A DNA stretch of 63,680 nucleotides, counting the filler, from Octopus bimaculoides (taxonomy: Eukaryota), in NCBI RefSeq assembly GCF_001194135.2. It is 3 parts of 3 records of this genome, joined end to end, with 100 filler letters (N's around TTAATTAATTAA, not from the genome) between each part and the next. Parts side by side here need not be neighbours in the genome. Positions count along the whole stretch, not along the records: positions 34,885 to 63,680 come from NC_068986.1; 2 more parts are not named here. One strand, given 5' to 3'. Each line of letters starts with the position of its first letter. The first letter of the stretch is position 1. The position numbers and the translations under genes are program-made. Under the pieces are notes generated by a model. That model saw nothing but the letters and a program-made list of their open reading frames with translations, was not told the DNA's origin and did no database searches. Positions 38,289-51,169 of this stretch are shown here, piece after piece.

Positions 38289-38713
38289 TGTGTGTGTATT
38301 TGTGTGTGTGTGTGTGTGTCTATGTGTGTGTGATTGTGTCTCTGTGTGTGAGCGTATACGCGTATGCATGTACGTGTGTGCTTGTGAGTTCTGTTGTATA
38401 CGTGCATGATTGTACCTGGTGTACGTCACTTATTTTAGATGGTCCTATTGATGATTTCTTCTGCCCAAACATTCAAAACAATAGAAGTAATGACTAACAT
38501 GGCGGTTGTTTGTCTGAGCAGCAAAAGCAAAGGCAATATTCTCTATAGCTTTTCAGTGAAGCAGACGTTCTCAATATCTTATTCATGGCCACTTCCTTGA
38601 TAGGCCAGCTATCGATTTATGAGTCCTTTTCACATTGAAAGGCAAGCTTTATTGATCCTTTAACTATTCATGTACATACATTTGTATATATACGCATACA
38701 TACATACATAAGC

Positions 38714-38757
<44 letters not shown>

Positions 38758-38980
38758 TACTTACATATACATACAAACATATATATATCTATATATATAT
38801 ATATATACATAAATATATGTACGCAGACGTACATAACAACACACACACGCACACACATATATATATGCACGCATACACAGGTTTTTCTTTACCTTTCTCA
38901 CCACCGTCGATACCAACGCAAGCAATTTTTCTTCTTTTAGTATCTTTAGTAATCACCATCAATCACATCCCCACTAGGGC

Positions 38981-38984
<4 letters not shown>

Positions 38985-39019
<35 letters not shown>

Positions 39020-39200
39020 CCTCCTCATCATCATCATCATCATCGTCATCACTATCGTCATCATCATTTTTATCATCATCAATATCGTCAACTTCTTCGC
39101 CATGATGATGATGATCATCATGATCATCATCATCATCATCATCGTCATCGTTATCACGAACCTTAAGACAGTCGCATTAGTGACATCATCACTATTATAA
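38985..39200. repeat. (ATC)n degenerate trinucleotide tract
   Basis: Direct reading; explains the poly-I and poly-M ORFs. Confidence 0.92.
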
Positions 39201-39450
39201 CTCTATAATTTCCAACTGATAGAATCCATTCATCTCTATCCACCTCTGTAACATCAAATTAGCTAACGTTACTCTGCTTTCATAGTGGAACAGTGAATTT
39301 CTGCCTCAGCCTCGATCTCAGCCACCGCCATCTTTATTACCAACGGGTCCACCATCTAACTAATATCGTTATTGTTACTAACATTGATTTCATTTAATGC
39401 TATCCACAACAGAATCACCTAACATGACAATAGAAATTAGCCATCTCAGT

Positions 39451-39777
39451 GAAGGTGGGTGGCTTAGTGGTTAGGGCATTCGGCTCACGATCATAAGGTC
39501 GTGAGTTCGATTCCCGGCGACGCGTTGTGTCCTTGAGCAAGACACTTCATTTCACGTTGCTCCAGTCCACTCAGCTGGCAAAAATTAGTAGTACCTGTAT
39601 TTCAAAGAGCCAGCCTCTTCACACTATGTGTCACGCTGAGTCTCCATGAGAACTACGTTAGAGGTACTCGTGTCTGTGGATTTCTCAGTCACTTGCACGT
39701 TAACTTCATGAGCAGTCTGTTGCGTTGATGGTATCAGCTGGGACCCTCGTCGTCGTGACCGACAGAGCGCGCCATTT
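39451..39777 (+). mobile_element. Full-length tRNA-derived SINE (CORE-like module plus family-D-like 3' half)
   Basis: ggtggcttagtggttaggg A-box, gagttcgattccc B-box, tgtgtccttgagcaagacacttc; 3' half homologous to family D, ending tcgtcgtgaccgacagagcgcgcc. Confidence 0.88.
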
Positions 39778-41739
39778 ACCACCTAACTAATATCGTTATT
39801 GTTACTAACACTGATTTCATTTAATGCTTTCCACAACAGAACCACCTAACAATGGGAATTAGCCATCTCAGTCGTCATAGTTCGATTCTTGAGCCACTTC
39901 CCATCACCACCAGCACCCAACGATATGATCAACAAGTAAATCATTGAACCACTTTGAGTCAGCAATCGTCTGTTTACGTGGTCTGTCGAATATTCGGGCA
40001 TAGGAATAAAATCGCCTTCAAATAATGCCCAGACATTATGAAAAAAAAAAACGGAAGATTTCATTGGAAATCCTAATCCAAGAATAAATTGTAGAGCTAT
40101 GATTGGAAGTTTTGAACTTAAGTCAGTTTGATGATGTCTGATTGGTTGATCTTCTACGTTTGTTGGTCGACGAAATTGCTCGGATAGTAACGTAACCACC
40201 TCTACAGGGGCTAGGTTGTTTCCAGAAGCGAGTTATTAGCCCTTAGTACACTTACCAAGAACACTTACCTTAATGGGCACACCACGAAATAAAGACAAGT
40301 CAATACCCACTTAGGGTCACTAACTCCGGGTTTTCTGTACGTGTTCACTAACTTACCTTTTTTTTTAAACGCACTGCCCCACAAGGTAGTAAGGAATTTA
40401 TTATTATAACGTGCATGGGTTATGAAAATCCACTCCCACTTACTCGTCCTACATACTTGTATTGGTCTGGTGCAAAGAGTAAAAAGTACCACGAGCACAG
40501 TACCTTTCAGGAAGTAGAATTTGCTTAAAGTTTCCTTTCTCTTAGTCTGTTGGAATGTCTCTGAGCAACATTGAGAAAACTGAATTTAAAATTTTGTGAG
40601 TGAATATAGATTTACTTGCACGTACTTTTGTATACATTCAATAGCAGTACTGGAGAAGGGGGCTGCGTCCGGTGGATCGAGAAGAGTATACGTTGTTGCA
40701 AAGAGATATCCGTAATGGCAGAAACATATAGGCGAGAATATATTGTTATTATTTTATATGATCAATACATTTTTTTGCATAAAGTTGTTTGCATCATATT
40801 AGTGTTAGTATCATTATACTCATGCTACTTGAAAAAATGATTACAAGTCCTCTTTAGCTATCATAATGTTCCCGATAAAAAATGTGTCATGAAATATTTA
40901 AAGAGGAAAGAACTGCTTAAAAGTCACACAGTCTGAGGAGATGAACTTCACTTAACTTGTAGTTGATTGAATTACTATCGTCAAAGAATAATAGTAAGGC
41001 TACAGAGTACAGTTTCATTGGGACATGCAAGATCACAATTAAACTCTTAATACAAGGGTTTCTGCAACGAAGTGTTGCGATATTTTTGCATAATATGAAT
41101 AACAAAACTAGGAAACGAAACAAAAAAAAAAGAAATTCCAAGAATAATACAACTGAAGAACGACAATAAATTTATTGAAACATAATAATATTGGAGAACG
41201 CGTGACAAAACAAAGAGGTTCTCGTTGATCGATATATTTTTCTAGTCTTGTGTTATTCAATCACATTTTTTTATTGAAAGTTTAATTTTCATTTGTTATG
41301 AAGCAGATGAAATCTTTTCATATATCTTTACTATTCTTGCCAATTACGTGTTCCTATAGTCATATTCGACTTTTTATGAATACTCATAATCGCGCATACA
41401 TTCACAGAAAAAGGTGTACACAAATATACATATGCATATACACACACACGAATACACACACACCCACGGGAGAAATGTTCTTAATGCACCTATTTACCTA
41501 TTAATTTTTGTTCACCCACAAACAGAGAACTGGACGTGCTGCATCCAGAATATATATACTGTCCTTTATATCTTAATTTAATCAGTTTTCGACAGATAAT
41601 GTTGCTATTTAGTGCCACGTTGACGTTGTTTGTACAGGTATGTTTCTCTTTCACAAATGGTATATTTCACAAATCAATCCTTGTATTTTATACATACACA
41701 CAAACACATTTGCATACGTGCGCGCGTGTGTGTGCGTGA

Positions 41740-41772
<33 letters not shown>

Positions 41773-41920
41773 CGTGCGCGCGCTTGAGTGTATGTGCGAA
41801 ATTAGTGCCAAATCAAAAACGGAGTGAATCATAAAATATGGTCAATAAAACTTGGATTACAATGGTATAATTTTATACTTGTTGAAAGAAGAAAAAGTTC
41901 TTGGCATAAACCTATTTGTA

Positions 41921-42807
41921 GGAGTTGGTATCAAAAACTTCCCAGGCTAGTTATGTTTGATAAAAAAATAATGTATTCAAATCAGGTTTAACATTGCCTC
42001 CTTCGAAATAGTCACCTTGCACAGTAGTACACTCGTCCCAGCGTTCCTGCCGCTTTTGCAATCCGTCCTAGAATCGTTTTCCGTAAGCAGGTGGAGGATC
42101 TTCAGCGATTCTCTCTTGACCTCGACAACGGTGTTAAAACGGTGCCTTCTGACCTGCATTTTATCTTGGGAAAAAGATGGAAATCCGTAGGGGCTAAATC
42201 TGGCGAACAAGGTGAGTGCAGAAGCGACGCCATGTTGTTTTTCGGCGAGAAACACACAAGTGAGGAGAGCTCGATGACAGAATGCAATGTCGTCGTGAAG
42301 GATCCAATTCTTTGCGCTTCACACATCCCGGCCCTTTCACCGAATGTCCTCCTTCAACGCTTCAAAACGTTGTTAATTATCCTGCGACGATCGTTATGCA
42401 CAAGCTGGTGAATTTTATCTACACTTCCGAGTGTGATGCTCGTGGCCTTCCAAATCGCTCATCATCTTTGAGGGACGTTCTTCCGTTTTTGAAGCGCATG
42501 CGCCACTCGAAATATTGCATACGACTCATTGCCTCGTCGTCGTAAGATTGCTGAAGAATGCTCAATGTTTGAGTAGCAGACTTTTCAAGTTTAACGCAAA
42601 ATTTCAGCTTAATTCTTTGTTGCAACTTCCTGTCTATGACAAAAATCGCCGACCACAGCATACACAACTTACGAAGTAAGCACAGTGAGGTTACTCGTCA
42701 CACTGCCTCGTGAAGGTGACTGCTAGCTCCCTCTGCGCACGCAACTGTATGCTGTCATCTGTTGGCGCGCTACAGAACTAGTCCGACAACTTTTCGACAC
42801 CACTTCG
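41921..42807 (-). mobile_element. Internally deleted mariner with both TIRs
   Basis: QQRIKLKFCVKLEKSATQTLSILQQSYDDEAMSRMQYFEW..GRP; deletion after DRRRII; then VLKRL..NWILHDD..SPCSPDLAPTDFHLFPKIK. TIRs resemble the 27809 terminus. Confidence 0.88.
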
Positions 42808-43151
42808 CATTTTGTAAAATTAGCGAGATACCCGTATATGTTACTGGAAACCAAATTAGCGTTTAGAAAATAATTTGCCACCTTCGAAAACTGGTGTACT
42901 GTCGTTAAAAACGTTGATTGTATAGGGAGTATAAAATACCAATTTGCTTTATTTCAACAAATACATGACTCAATTTTAATCATAATTGTTTTCTGAAATA
43001 AATATTCAGTCGCCAAAGAAAGTAGATATAGAGCGTGTGACCCAGTAATATATAATACATAAAGATATGGATAAACATAAACACATGTATGTATGTATTA
43101 TTTATATTTAAAAATGTGTGTCTGTATATACAAATGTATATAAAAATGTAA

Positions 43152-43194
<43 letters not shown>

Positions 43195-43789
43195 CATGTA
43201 GATATTTGCACACACAAGTAGATGTATGATTAAATTTTCTTGATTCTGTGATTCAACGTATATTATCTCCCGATATGTATGTAAATATGTATATTCATAT
43301 GCATCTATGTATGCGTATATGTGTATATCAATGCAAACATACATGTATGTATATCGGAGTTAAATAAGATATCTTTCTTTAGTCATGTTCATTGAAGTAA
43401 TTCTAGAATACCTAGAGCGGATTCCTGTTCAAATTGTATACATCATCTTAAAAGCATCGTATCGATCTGCATCACCTAAGGCATATTCAGGTCAATATAG
43501 GAGATATTGCTTTTGAAACAGCATACGAGCCAGAACCGAACTAGTTTCTATGAAACTGTTGCTGTTTCCTTTATACTGAAGATTTACTAGTTCAGTAAGT
43601 CATTTGACAAGTATGATTTAACAAACAAACCATAAAGAAGCACTAAATTCTCGAAAGGCTTCCCATTTTTACTATCCGCTCTTGACGACTTCAAACTAGT
43701 CATTCTACTGTTGCAGTTTCTAGAAACTTGGCCTTATGTTCACCAAAGTTATCTTCTTTTAGCTTTTTTTTTAATATCTTCTTTTATTT

Positions 43790-43950
43790 ATCTCAGTCTT
43801 AATACTGCAGCTAGGCTGTATTTAATCGAACAGATCGATCGCAGTACATATTTTAAAGTCTGATACTTATTCTATCACTCTAATTTTACCAAACTGTTGA
43901 ATTACAGGACATCAACAAACAAACACGGTTATCAACGCAACACAAACACA
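43790..43950 (-). mobile_element. Decayed C module of the composite SINE
   Basis: gatacttattctatcactct..ttttaccaaactgttgaattacaggac resembles 11650-11700. Confidence 0.5.
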
Positions 43951-44386
43951 AAGACACATCCACTTTAGTATACAGCGTTGGCCAGAAGTCACTCGACAGC
44001 AAATCAAAATTCCATAAATACTATCTCTAATTGTGTATTGACGCGAATGGAAAAATGTGTCGTTCAAGAAGGACTTCAGTTTGAACAATTTTCAAGAGCT
44101 TTCATATTTAGATGCTTTTATTAAATTCATTCAGTTCTCAAACATTAAAAAATCTTGGAATTAAATGGTTTGATTTACCGTCAGGTGACTTTTGGTCAAC
44201 CCTGTATATGTAAATACATAGGTATACACACACACACTTATATATATATATATTCAATACACACACACGCACACATATATATATATAGCCATCTATTTTT
44301 CTATTGGTCTATCTATTTGTTTATCTATCCAATCTATGTATGTATGTACGTATCTCTCTCTCCCTCTCTCTCTATCTATTTATCTA

Positions 44387-44472
<86 letters not shown>

Positions 44473-44537
44473 CACAAAGAGCGGAATTTTGATTATCCCC
44501 CTCGCTGTGAGTAATGTAACAGTTATAATATATAAAA

Positions 44538-45728
44538 AACAATAAATAAAAGAAGGAAAATGCACACACTTTACATACTTTTAATATATTTTTTAATATA
44601 TTTTATGTTGTGTTTATCGACCACTTTTTCTTTCGCAAATCATGACATTGACATAATTGTAATTTCGTATTTTCTTTAAGATTTTAGTCCATGTTGTGAG
44701 TGGAGTAGTTTATGAATGAATGGTTCAACAAGTAGAGAAATGTAAGGGGAGATAATTGACGATCGTTATTACTGGAGACAAGGCAGGTAATTGTTCATCT
44801 TTCGGGGAGAAGGCTAAACTCAAAAGCTAAATTAGTGAGGAGAAATATGTACAGTGATGGGTATGTGAGCATGAATTAAAATATATACTGTGTTCAAAGT
44901 TGGTTATATGTTCATATTTAGACGTGTTCTGTATTCTTAGATGAACAAATTTTATTTGTTTATTTTCTTGTATAGATGGGGAAAACTGAAGTTTGGTTGG
45001 ATATTACTTCTCTATGTGTTTACTCAAAGGAATGTGTCTGTATTGCGGGAAACGGATTTGTTTCTTATGTAGTGTGGTTCTCCTTCTCAGTGTCATACTT
45101 GGTTGTCCTATATAGTTATATCCACAACCTGAGCAAGTTATAACATAAATTAGATTCTCGGAAGCACAAGTGAAGTTGGTTTTAATTGTGAACCTCTCTC
45201 GTTGTTTGAATAGGAATTCCAAGCCTTCCAGTAGGTTGCGGCATGTTCTACAGTTTAGGCGTCCACATTTTGTAAATGTTGGTTTCGTAGTTGTTGTGTA
45301 AAGCTTCACTATTTTTGAAGTATTTTTAGCGATTTGTGTTGCCTTATGCATTTGACGAATTTATGTGTTTTCAAAATGTTGTTCATTTTTTAATCTCTAG
45401 TGAGGATAGGTAGATTTTGTACAATAGTGTTGTATGCCGCGCTGTTTCTAGGGTGGTGAGTTCATAACAATCACCAATTACCTCCCCACACCAATAATAA
45501 CGATCCCCAATTACCTCCTCTTATATTTTTTTTTATTTCCTGAATCATTCATTGATAAACTTTTCCACACACATGGACTACAATTTTCTTAAGAAATTAC
45601 GAAATTATAATAATTACAGTGTCATGTTTAACGAAAGCAAGACCTTGTTGATAAACAATATAAAATATATTTAAAAAATATATTAAAAGTAGGTAAAGTG
45701 TGTGCATTTTCCTTCTTTTCTTTGTTAT
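44538..45728 (-). mobile_element. Penelope-like element 3' fragment: GIY-YIG endonuclease between inverted terminal repeats
   Basis: ORF 45004-45351 has KCGRLNCRTC and NLIYVITCSGCGYNYIGQ..LRRR..H. The ~255-bp arms at 44538-44793 and 45474-45728 are reverse complements. Confidence 0.85.
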
Positions 45729-45799
45729 CATTATTATTATTATTATTGTTANNNNNNNNNNNNNNNNNNNNNNNNNNNNNNNNTATATATATATATATA

Positions 45800-45950
45800 T
45801 GGGATGGGTTTTACTTTCCATCTACCAAATCCATTCGCCATTCGATCGGCCTGAGGCTATAGTGACAAACACTTGCACGAGTTGATGCGCAGTGGGACAC
45901 AACTTAAGGCTATATAGTGCGGAACTAAGCTTCTTAACCGCAAATCTACG
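45800..45950 (-). mobile_element. Decayed family B SINE
   Basis: ctaccaaatccattc..tcggcctgaggctatagt..gcgcagtggga. Confidence 0.7.
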
Positions 45951-46613
45951 CATGTTTGTTACATGTGTACATGTATACATATACATTTATATATACGGCA
46001 GTTTATTTCTGAGTGTCCTTGTATTTTACCCATCATCATATTAAATTATCGTATTTCTTTAAGCATAAATATCTCGAACTCCTTGTTAAGATGCATTTAA
46101 TAGGAAATAGTTTGTGTTTCTAACTATAACGCCATAGGTGTTTATGTTATCCTAGAACATTCATTTTCATTCTATGATATATATTAAATTAATTTTAGTT
46201 ATTATAGTTTACATTATAAAATATTTCTTGAAGCAAAAGGGTTATAACGGACTTCTCAACATCTTGTTTTGCGTCAGTTTCAATATTCAAGTAGTTATTT
46301 ATATGCACAATAATTTCAGTTAAGGTTTTCATTTCTCCGTGATGAAAGCAACGCGCCAATTATTTCACCAATTCAGGTGCTAGAATTATGTACTGATGAC
46401 CGGGGAGTACAGATTTCATATAATCATATATTTAGCTTAATGTATATGGCATGTTCTTTCTAATAAGTTTACCTCAGCGGTAATTATATTTCATAATGAT
46501 TATTGCTTCAATTGGAATTCATTATATTTTTCTCAGCATCTTTATTGATATGTATTTCACAGAAAGTATTAAGTATATATAGACACACACACAGACACAC
46601 ATGTATACATATA

Positions 46614-47721
46614 TTGAGTCATCCTATAAATAATGAGCTTTCTTTATAATTCTTTTATTTTTCAAAATTAAGATTAACAATGTTCTTTTTTAATCTAAAA
46701 TATACTCTCCTTCATTTAATACAATGCTCTTCTATCTATATGGTATACTTGCGAGGCCCCTCTTCCAAAATTCACTTGTCCGTGACGAAAGATACTCCTA
46801 CACTACTGTTCTAATCTCGTCTACAGACTTCATATTTTTTCCGTCCAAAAGATTTTTAAAACTGCGGAATACATGAAAATCATATGGGGCAATGTCCGGC
46901 GAATATGGTGGGTGAGGCATCGTTTCCCATTGAAACTGCACCAAACTTTTAAAAGTTCAACGTCGACTAAAACTTTCATATCCCACCAAACAGATAACAA
47001 CACCTTACGTCGGTGATGACCTTTAGCCTGGGGTGCCGGAGTTTCTCCTTTCGCTACCCACTGTCATCGGCGCTTGGCATTTTTATAGAGAACACATTTC
47101 TCGTCTCCAGTCACTATTAGGTCCAAAAAAGGTTCATTCGTGAGACAGAGCAAAGAAGAGCATACATTCACTCTCTGCGTGTGGTCATACTCGAAAGTTT
47201 GTGAGGAATTCATGGACCCAATTTGCTGACTTTTCCGATGGCACGCAGGTGGCGATGAATGACTAAATCCAAGCTTCTTCGCTAGTTCCTCAACAGTTAC
47301 TGTAAGATTTTATTAAACCAGGATTTGCAGAGCATTCTCGTCAAACTCGGTAGATGTTCCAGGATGAGGCTCGCCTTCTAGGCTGTAGTTTCCGGTTGGG
47401 AATTTCTGGAACTACCGTTGACACTGGCTTATACTTATTGTCCGATCCTCATATACTGCATTAATATTCCTCGCACATTCCGTTGCAATGTTGCCTTTAT
47501 TGAACTCATAAAGTAAAATATGCCGAATAATACCCCTTTGTCATTTCCATTATAGCTTTGAAAAATAACTTAAAATCCAAATGTTATTTAAAAACTTGCA
47601 CTAAGAATAAGTACAAAGTAAAATTACTACCTGCTTTTATAGCAAGGTAGTTTACCCCGTCCTCCTCTGACTTTTAGCTCATGCAATTGAAAAAAGACGC
47701 ATTATTTGTCGGATGACCCTT
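46614..47721 (-). mobile_element. Mariner resembling the cecropia/Hsmar1 type, with TIRs, stops and an internal deletion
   Basis: RHILLYEFNKGN.ATE, LVTVEELA, NEPFLDLIVTGDEK, KVLLSVWWD, PHPPYSPDIAP.DFH; ~30-bp TIRs gagtcatcctataaataatg / cattatttgtcggatgaccc. Confidence 0.88.
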
Positions 47722-48011
47722 TATATGTATGCGTATATATNNNNNNNNNNNNNNNNNNNNNNNNNNNNNNNNNNNNNNNNNNNNNNNNNNNNNNNNNNNN
47801 NNNNNNNNNNNNNNNNNNNNNNNNNNNNNNNNNNNNNNNNNNNNNNNNNNNNNNNNNNNNNNNNNNNNNNNNNNNNNNNNNNNNNNNNNNNNNNNNNNNN
47901 NNNNNNNNNNNNNNNNNNNNNNNNNNNNNNNNNNNNNNNNNNNNNNNNNNNNNNNNNNNNNNNNNNNNNNNNNNNNNNNNNNNNNNNNNNNNNNNNNNNN
48001 NNNNNNNNNNN

Positions 48012-48049
<38 letters not shown>

Positions 48050-48060
48050 TAGATATAGAT

Positions 48061-48101
<41 letters not shown>

Positions 48102-48110
48102 GAGAGAGAC

Positions 48111-48148
<38 letters not shown>
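48012..48148. repeat. (TA)n(AGAT)n microsatellite
   Basis: Direct reading. Confidence 0.92.
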
Positions 48149-48499
48149 TGCCGAGAATTGTTAATTAATTAATAGATTAATAATTAACAATTTTGCCAAG
48201 TAGTTCAATATGCAAAAGAAACCCTTTATCGGTAAATCATTTATAATTATAAACATAATATAGGGATCAGCAGAAGTTGCTTCACCAACATACTGAAAAT
48301 TTAGAAATAGCAGTTAAAACTACTAATTCTAACTACAATTTATTCGCCAACGGATAGCGATATTTATGGCTCACATAGAACAACAGAAGAGAAAAAAACG
48401 AAAAACAAACCTGTCGTTAGTTTAATTATGTACGAACGTTTCGTGATTAGAATATAAAAAATCGAACAAACATAAAATTCGTACAAACAAAAACTCGCA

Positions 48500-50760
48500 C
48501 AAACTTAACCATCAACAGTTCAAAGGTCGATAAAAGATGTGGGATCACCAATTTCATGGAAAGAAAAAAACAACCGTAAGTAAAAACATTCCTTCTGAGT
48601 TGGATGCACAGTATAAACTCTTCCCAGAATATTGTTAAATTGAATATCAGGATAACCATCAACCTCAGTGTCTCTTTTGCTACGATTCCATTGTTTGTCG
48701 TTCCATTTATAATATGACGGTAATAGATAGTACGAAAAGGTTTTTAGCGAAAGAGTTTCTCTGGCAAAGTTTGAAAAATGCTGTTGATGCAATTTCTATT
48801 GGAGCCAAGGTTTGCTGAGCAGTCATTTCTGTAGTGAAATGTTTTCTTTGCCCACACTCTAAATGAACAGAGAGTTGTTTCACAGGAGGATATCGTTCAT
48901 GAATAGGGAAGCCAAATATTTCCCAGTTAGATTCATTGCTGCAAATATACCGTCCTATATGTTGTTCAATGGTGAAAATTGCAGTATCAGAACCCTCATT
49001 AACATATTTACAAATGTACTTAATTGACTTTGCAGAATTACAATATTCAACATTTATGTGAGCATTGAATGATTTAGATAAAAGTGGGCAGTAGAACACT
49101 ATCCATCGATTACCAATTGTATGATGATCAATTTTTGTTTAAAAACCACCGTCTTGTGGTGACCTTCTTCTGCATGATGGACATCAATCATTACCCCTTT
49201 GCGTTTCTTTAATGTAATTTTTAAGATAATGTGTCGTACACTTCTTGTTTTTCATGCAAGGTGCAGTTGGGTTGAGGTCACTACACGGGTCATGAACCAT
49301 GTTCAATTTTACAATTTCATAAAGTTCTTTGCTTTTGTGGGTTTAGAATTACTGCTGAGATTATGGAATGAATCTCATCAGTTTGAAATTTCTGCAAAAG
49401 CCAGATGAATATATGTGTGTGCGGTAGGCCTCTTTTTTGCCATTCAATGGTATACATGTAGGAACGTACTGGTCGAAATATGTCAGACTTAGTTATAAAG
49501 TCCATCAATTTCGAAATCTTGAGATGAAAAACTCCTGCAATTAGGGTCATGTCTGTTGATGTCAAATTGTCTTGGGAAAAGTTCAGTTTGAATTTCGTTC
49601 CATTTAGGATAGCAAGTAAAAGTAATGAAAGGTTCAGGACGTCCATAATTACGCATGTACGTCATGGCACCCTGTGTCATCTCGTGCATATTTTGGGCTT
49701 CCTTTAAAGCTGGATGGGAGAATACAATGTCGTCTAAGCCTTGTCTCGGCTATGTCATTGTTAATGCTATTTCGTAAATGCACGTACAATTCTGAAAGTA
49801 GTTCTTTTTTGTGCATTTTTATATAACACAACCTCTCCGACTCTATTTTGGCATACATATTAAAACATACTGGTGAAGAAGATATTGACAATAGTAAAGA
49901 TGATTAAACGAATTATTGCGAATCATCAATCGATGAACATAATAATCCATACAGAATAAAGTTTTTTGGGAAGTGATTCCTCCAAATTGTGGTATACCAA
50001 AGTGGTATCCATCGTCTCCGTTAACAAAAAGCAAGCGATATTTATCGTAAAGCATCATATGAACAATGAGTTTCATTTATGAACGTGATAGTATTGTCAC
50101 GATACTTCAAAACATCTCGCTTACCATGTTCTCCAACAATAATAATAGCCACTTCATTACACCCAGGAACATTGAATCGACGGATATATTTTCCAGCTGG
50201 TCTTTTGTCGGCATCGATGACAATTTGAAAGTCTGCAGTTGAAGCGTATTCTAAAGCATACTGAAAGCTTCTCACATAAGAATTAATCCGTGAAGCATTC
50301 CTTGCAGCTTAAAAATTAGTTCTAATCTTGTACCTAGACAATTCTTGTTGCGACACTGTCCTTCTGTTTGAACGTCACCTATAAAATATATTTGTAAAAA
50401 CTGTAGATCGTTGTTTTGCAAAGGCTTAGGAGAGCCAACTCTGTGATAAATCTGTCCTTGCACTTTTAAAGTCGGCAAAAACCCACTTTCCCTAATAATT
50501 TTTGCCCCAAATGATGTCATTTGAAAAGCACAATTGTATGTTCGAATATTTTAAAGAAAGTGTTTTGATTCTGAAGTGATACCCAAAAGAGGATGTTTTA
50601 TAAGTTCTTGAGGATCAACTATTGGTAAATGGACGTTACGTCTCGAACAACACATACCTTTCATTTTTTCTCCCACTTCTTAGCCCCACACTTTTCAAAT
50701 GTCTTGCACATAGATCCCAGGGAAACAATATTTCAGATACTTAATTACGATTAGGATTAT
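48500..50760 (-). mobile_element. Decayed Helitron Rep (HUH-Y2 rolling-circle initiator) with upstream zinc-finger motif; helicase absent
   Basis: CGAKKW..GMCCS, MTSFGA..LKVQGQIYHR, YDAL, ILPSSFKGSPKY, FITFTC.PKW.EI, EWQKRGLPHTH, AHINVEYC.S.KSIKYICKYV, LSVHLE, GRVYTVHP...E.FYLR. Many frameshifts. Confidence 0.93.
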
Positions 50761-51169
50761 AATTGAATACTACATCCTGCCATTGAAATCTTCCATATTT
50801 TTTCTGCTGATTTTCTCTGGAAAACTTTCTCCTTTTTCGGCCGTTTTCACTTCTTGTTTTCTATTTATTCTACCTTTTTCTCTCCTTTTTTCTTTGTCTT
50901 TTTTATTTTCTTGCTTTTCTATTTCTATAATTTTCGTTCTTTCTTTGAAATCTTATTTCCCTATCTTTATCACCTTCTCGTTATTTTGTCCTCTTTTCAT
51001 ATTCCCTCATTTTTTGCAACCTAACATTCCGATATTTTCTCATTAATCTTGTCATTAATTGTCTGAATCCTCATTCTTTTCTTGTCTTTTTTACTGTCTA
51101 GTGATATTTCATTTTCTTCTACATTTCTCTCATGCTCATGATTGTTTAAAGGAAAGACAGCATTAAGGG

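Noticed and set aside
37823-38497. 224-aa and 167-aa His/Thr/Tyr/Ile/Val/Cys-rich ORFs
   Set aside because: Translations of (CA)/(TA)/(TG) microsatellites.
38437-38600. 53-codon ORF after ttattttag ([10 protein letters not shown]..)
   Set aside because: No donor site or homology recognised; the length is expected by chance.
40245-40355. Three GGTAAGT donor-like motifs on the minus strand
   Set aside because: No matching acceptor or convincing open exon; could be an old element.
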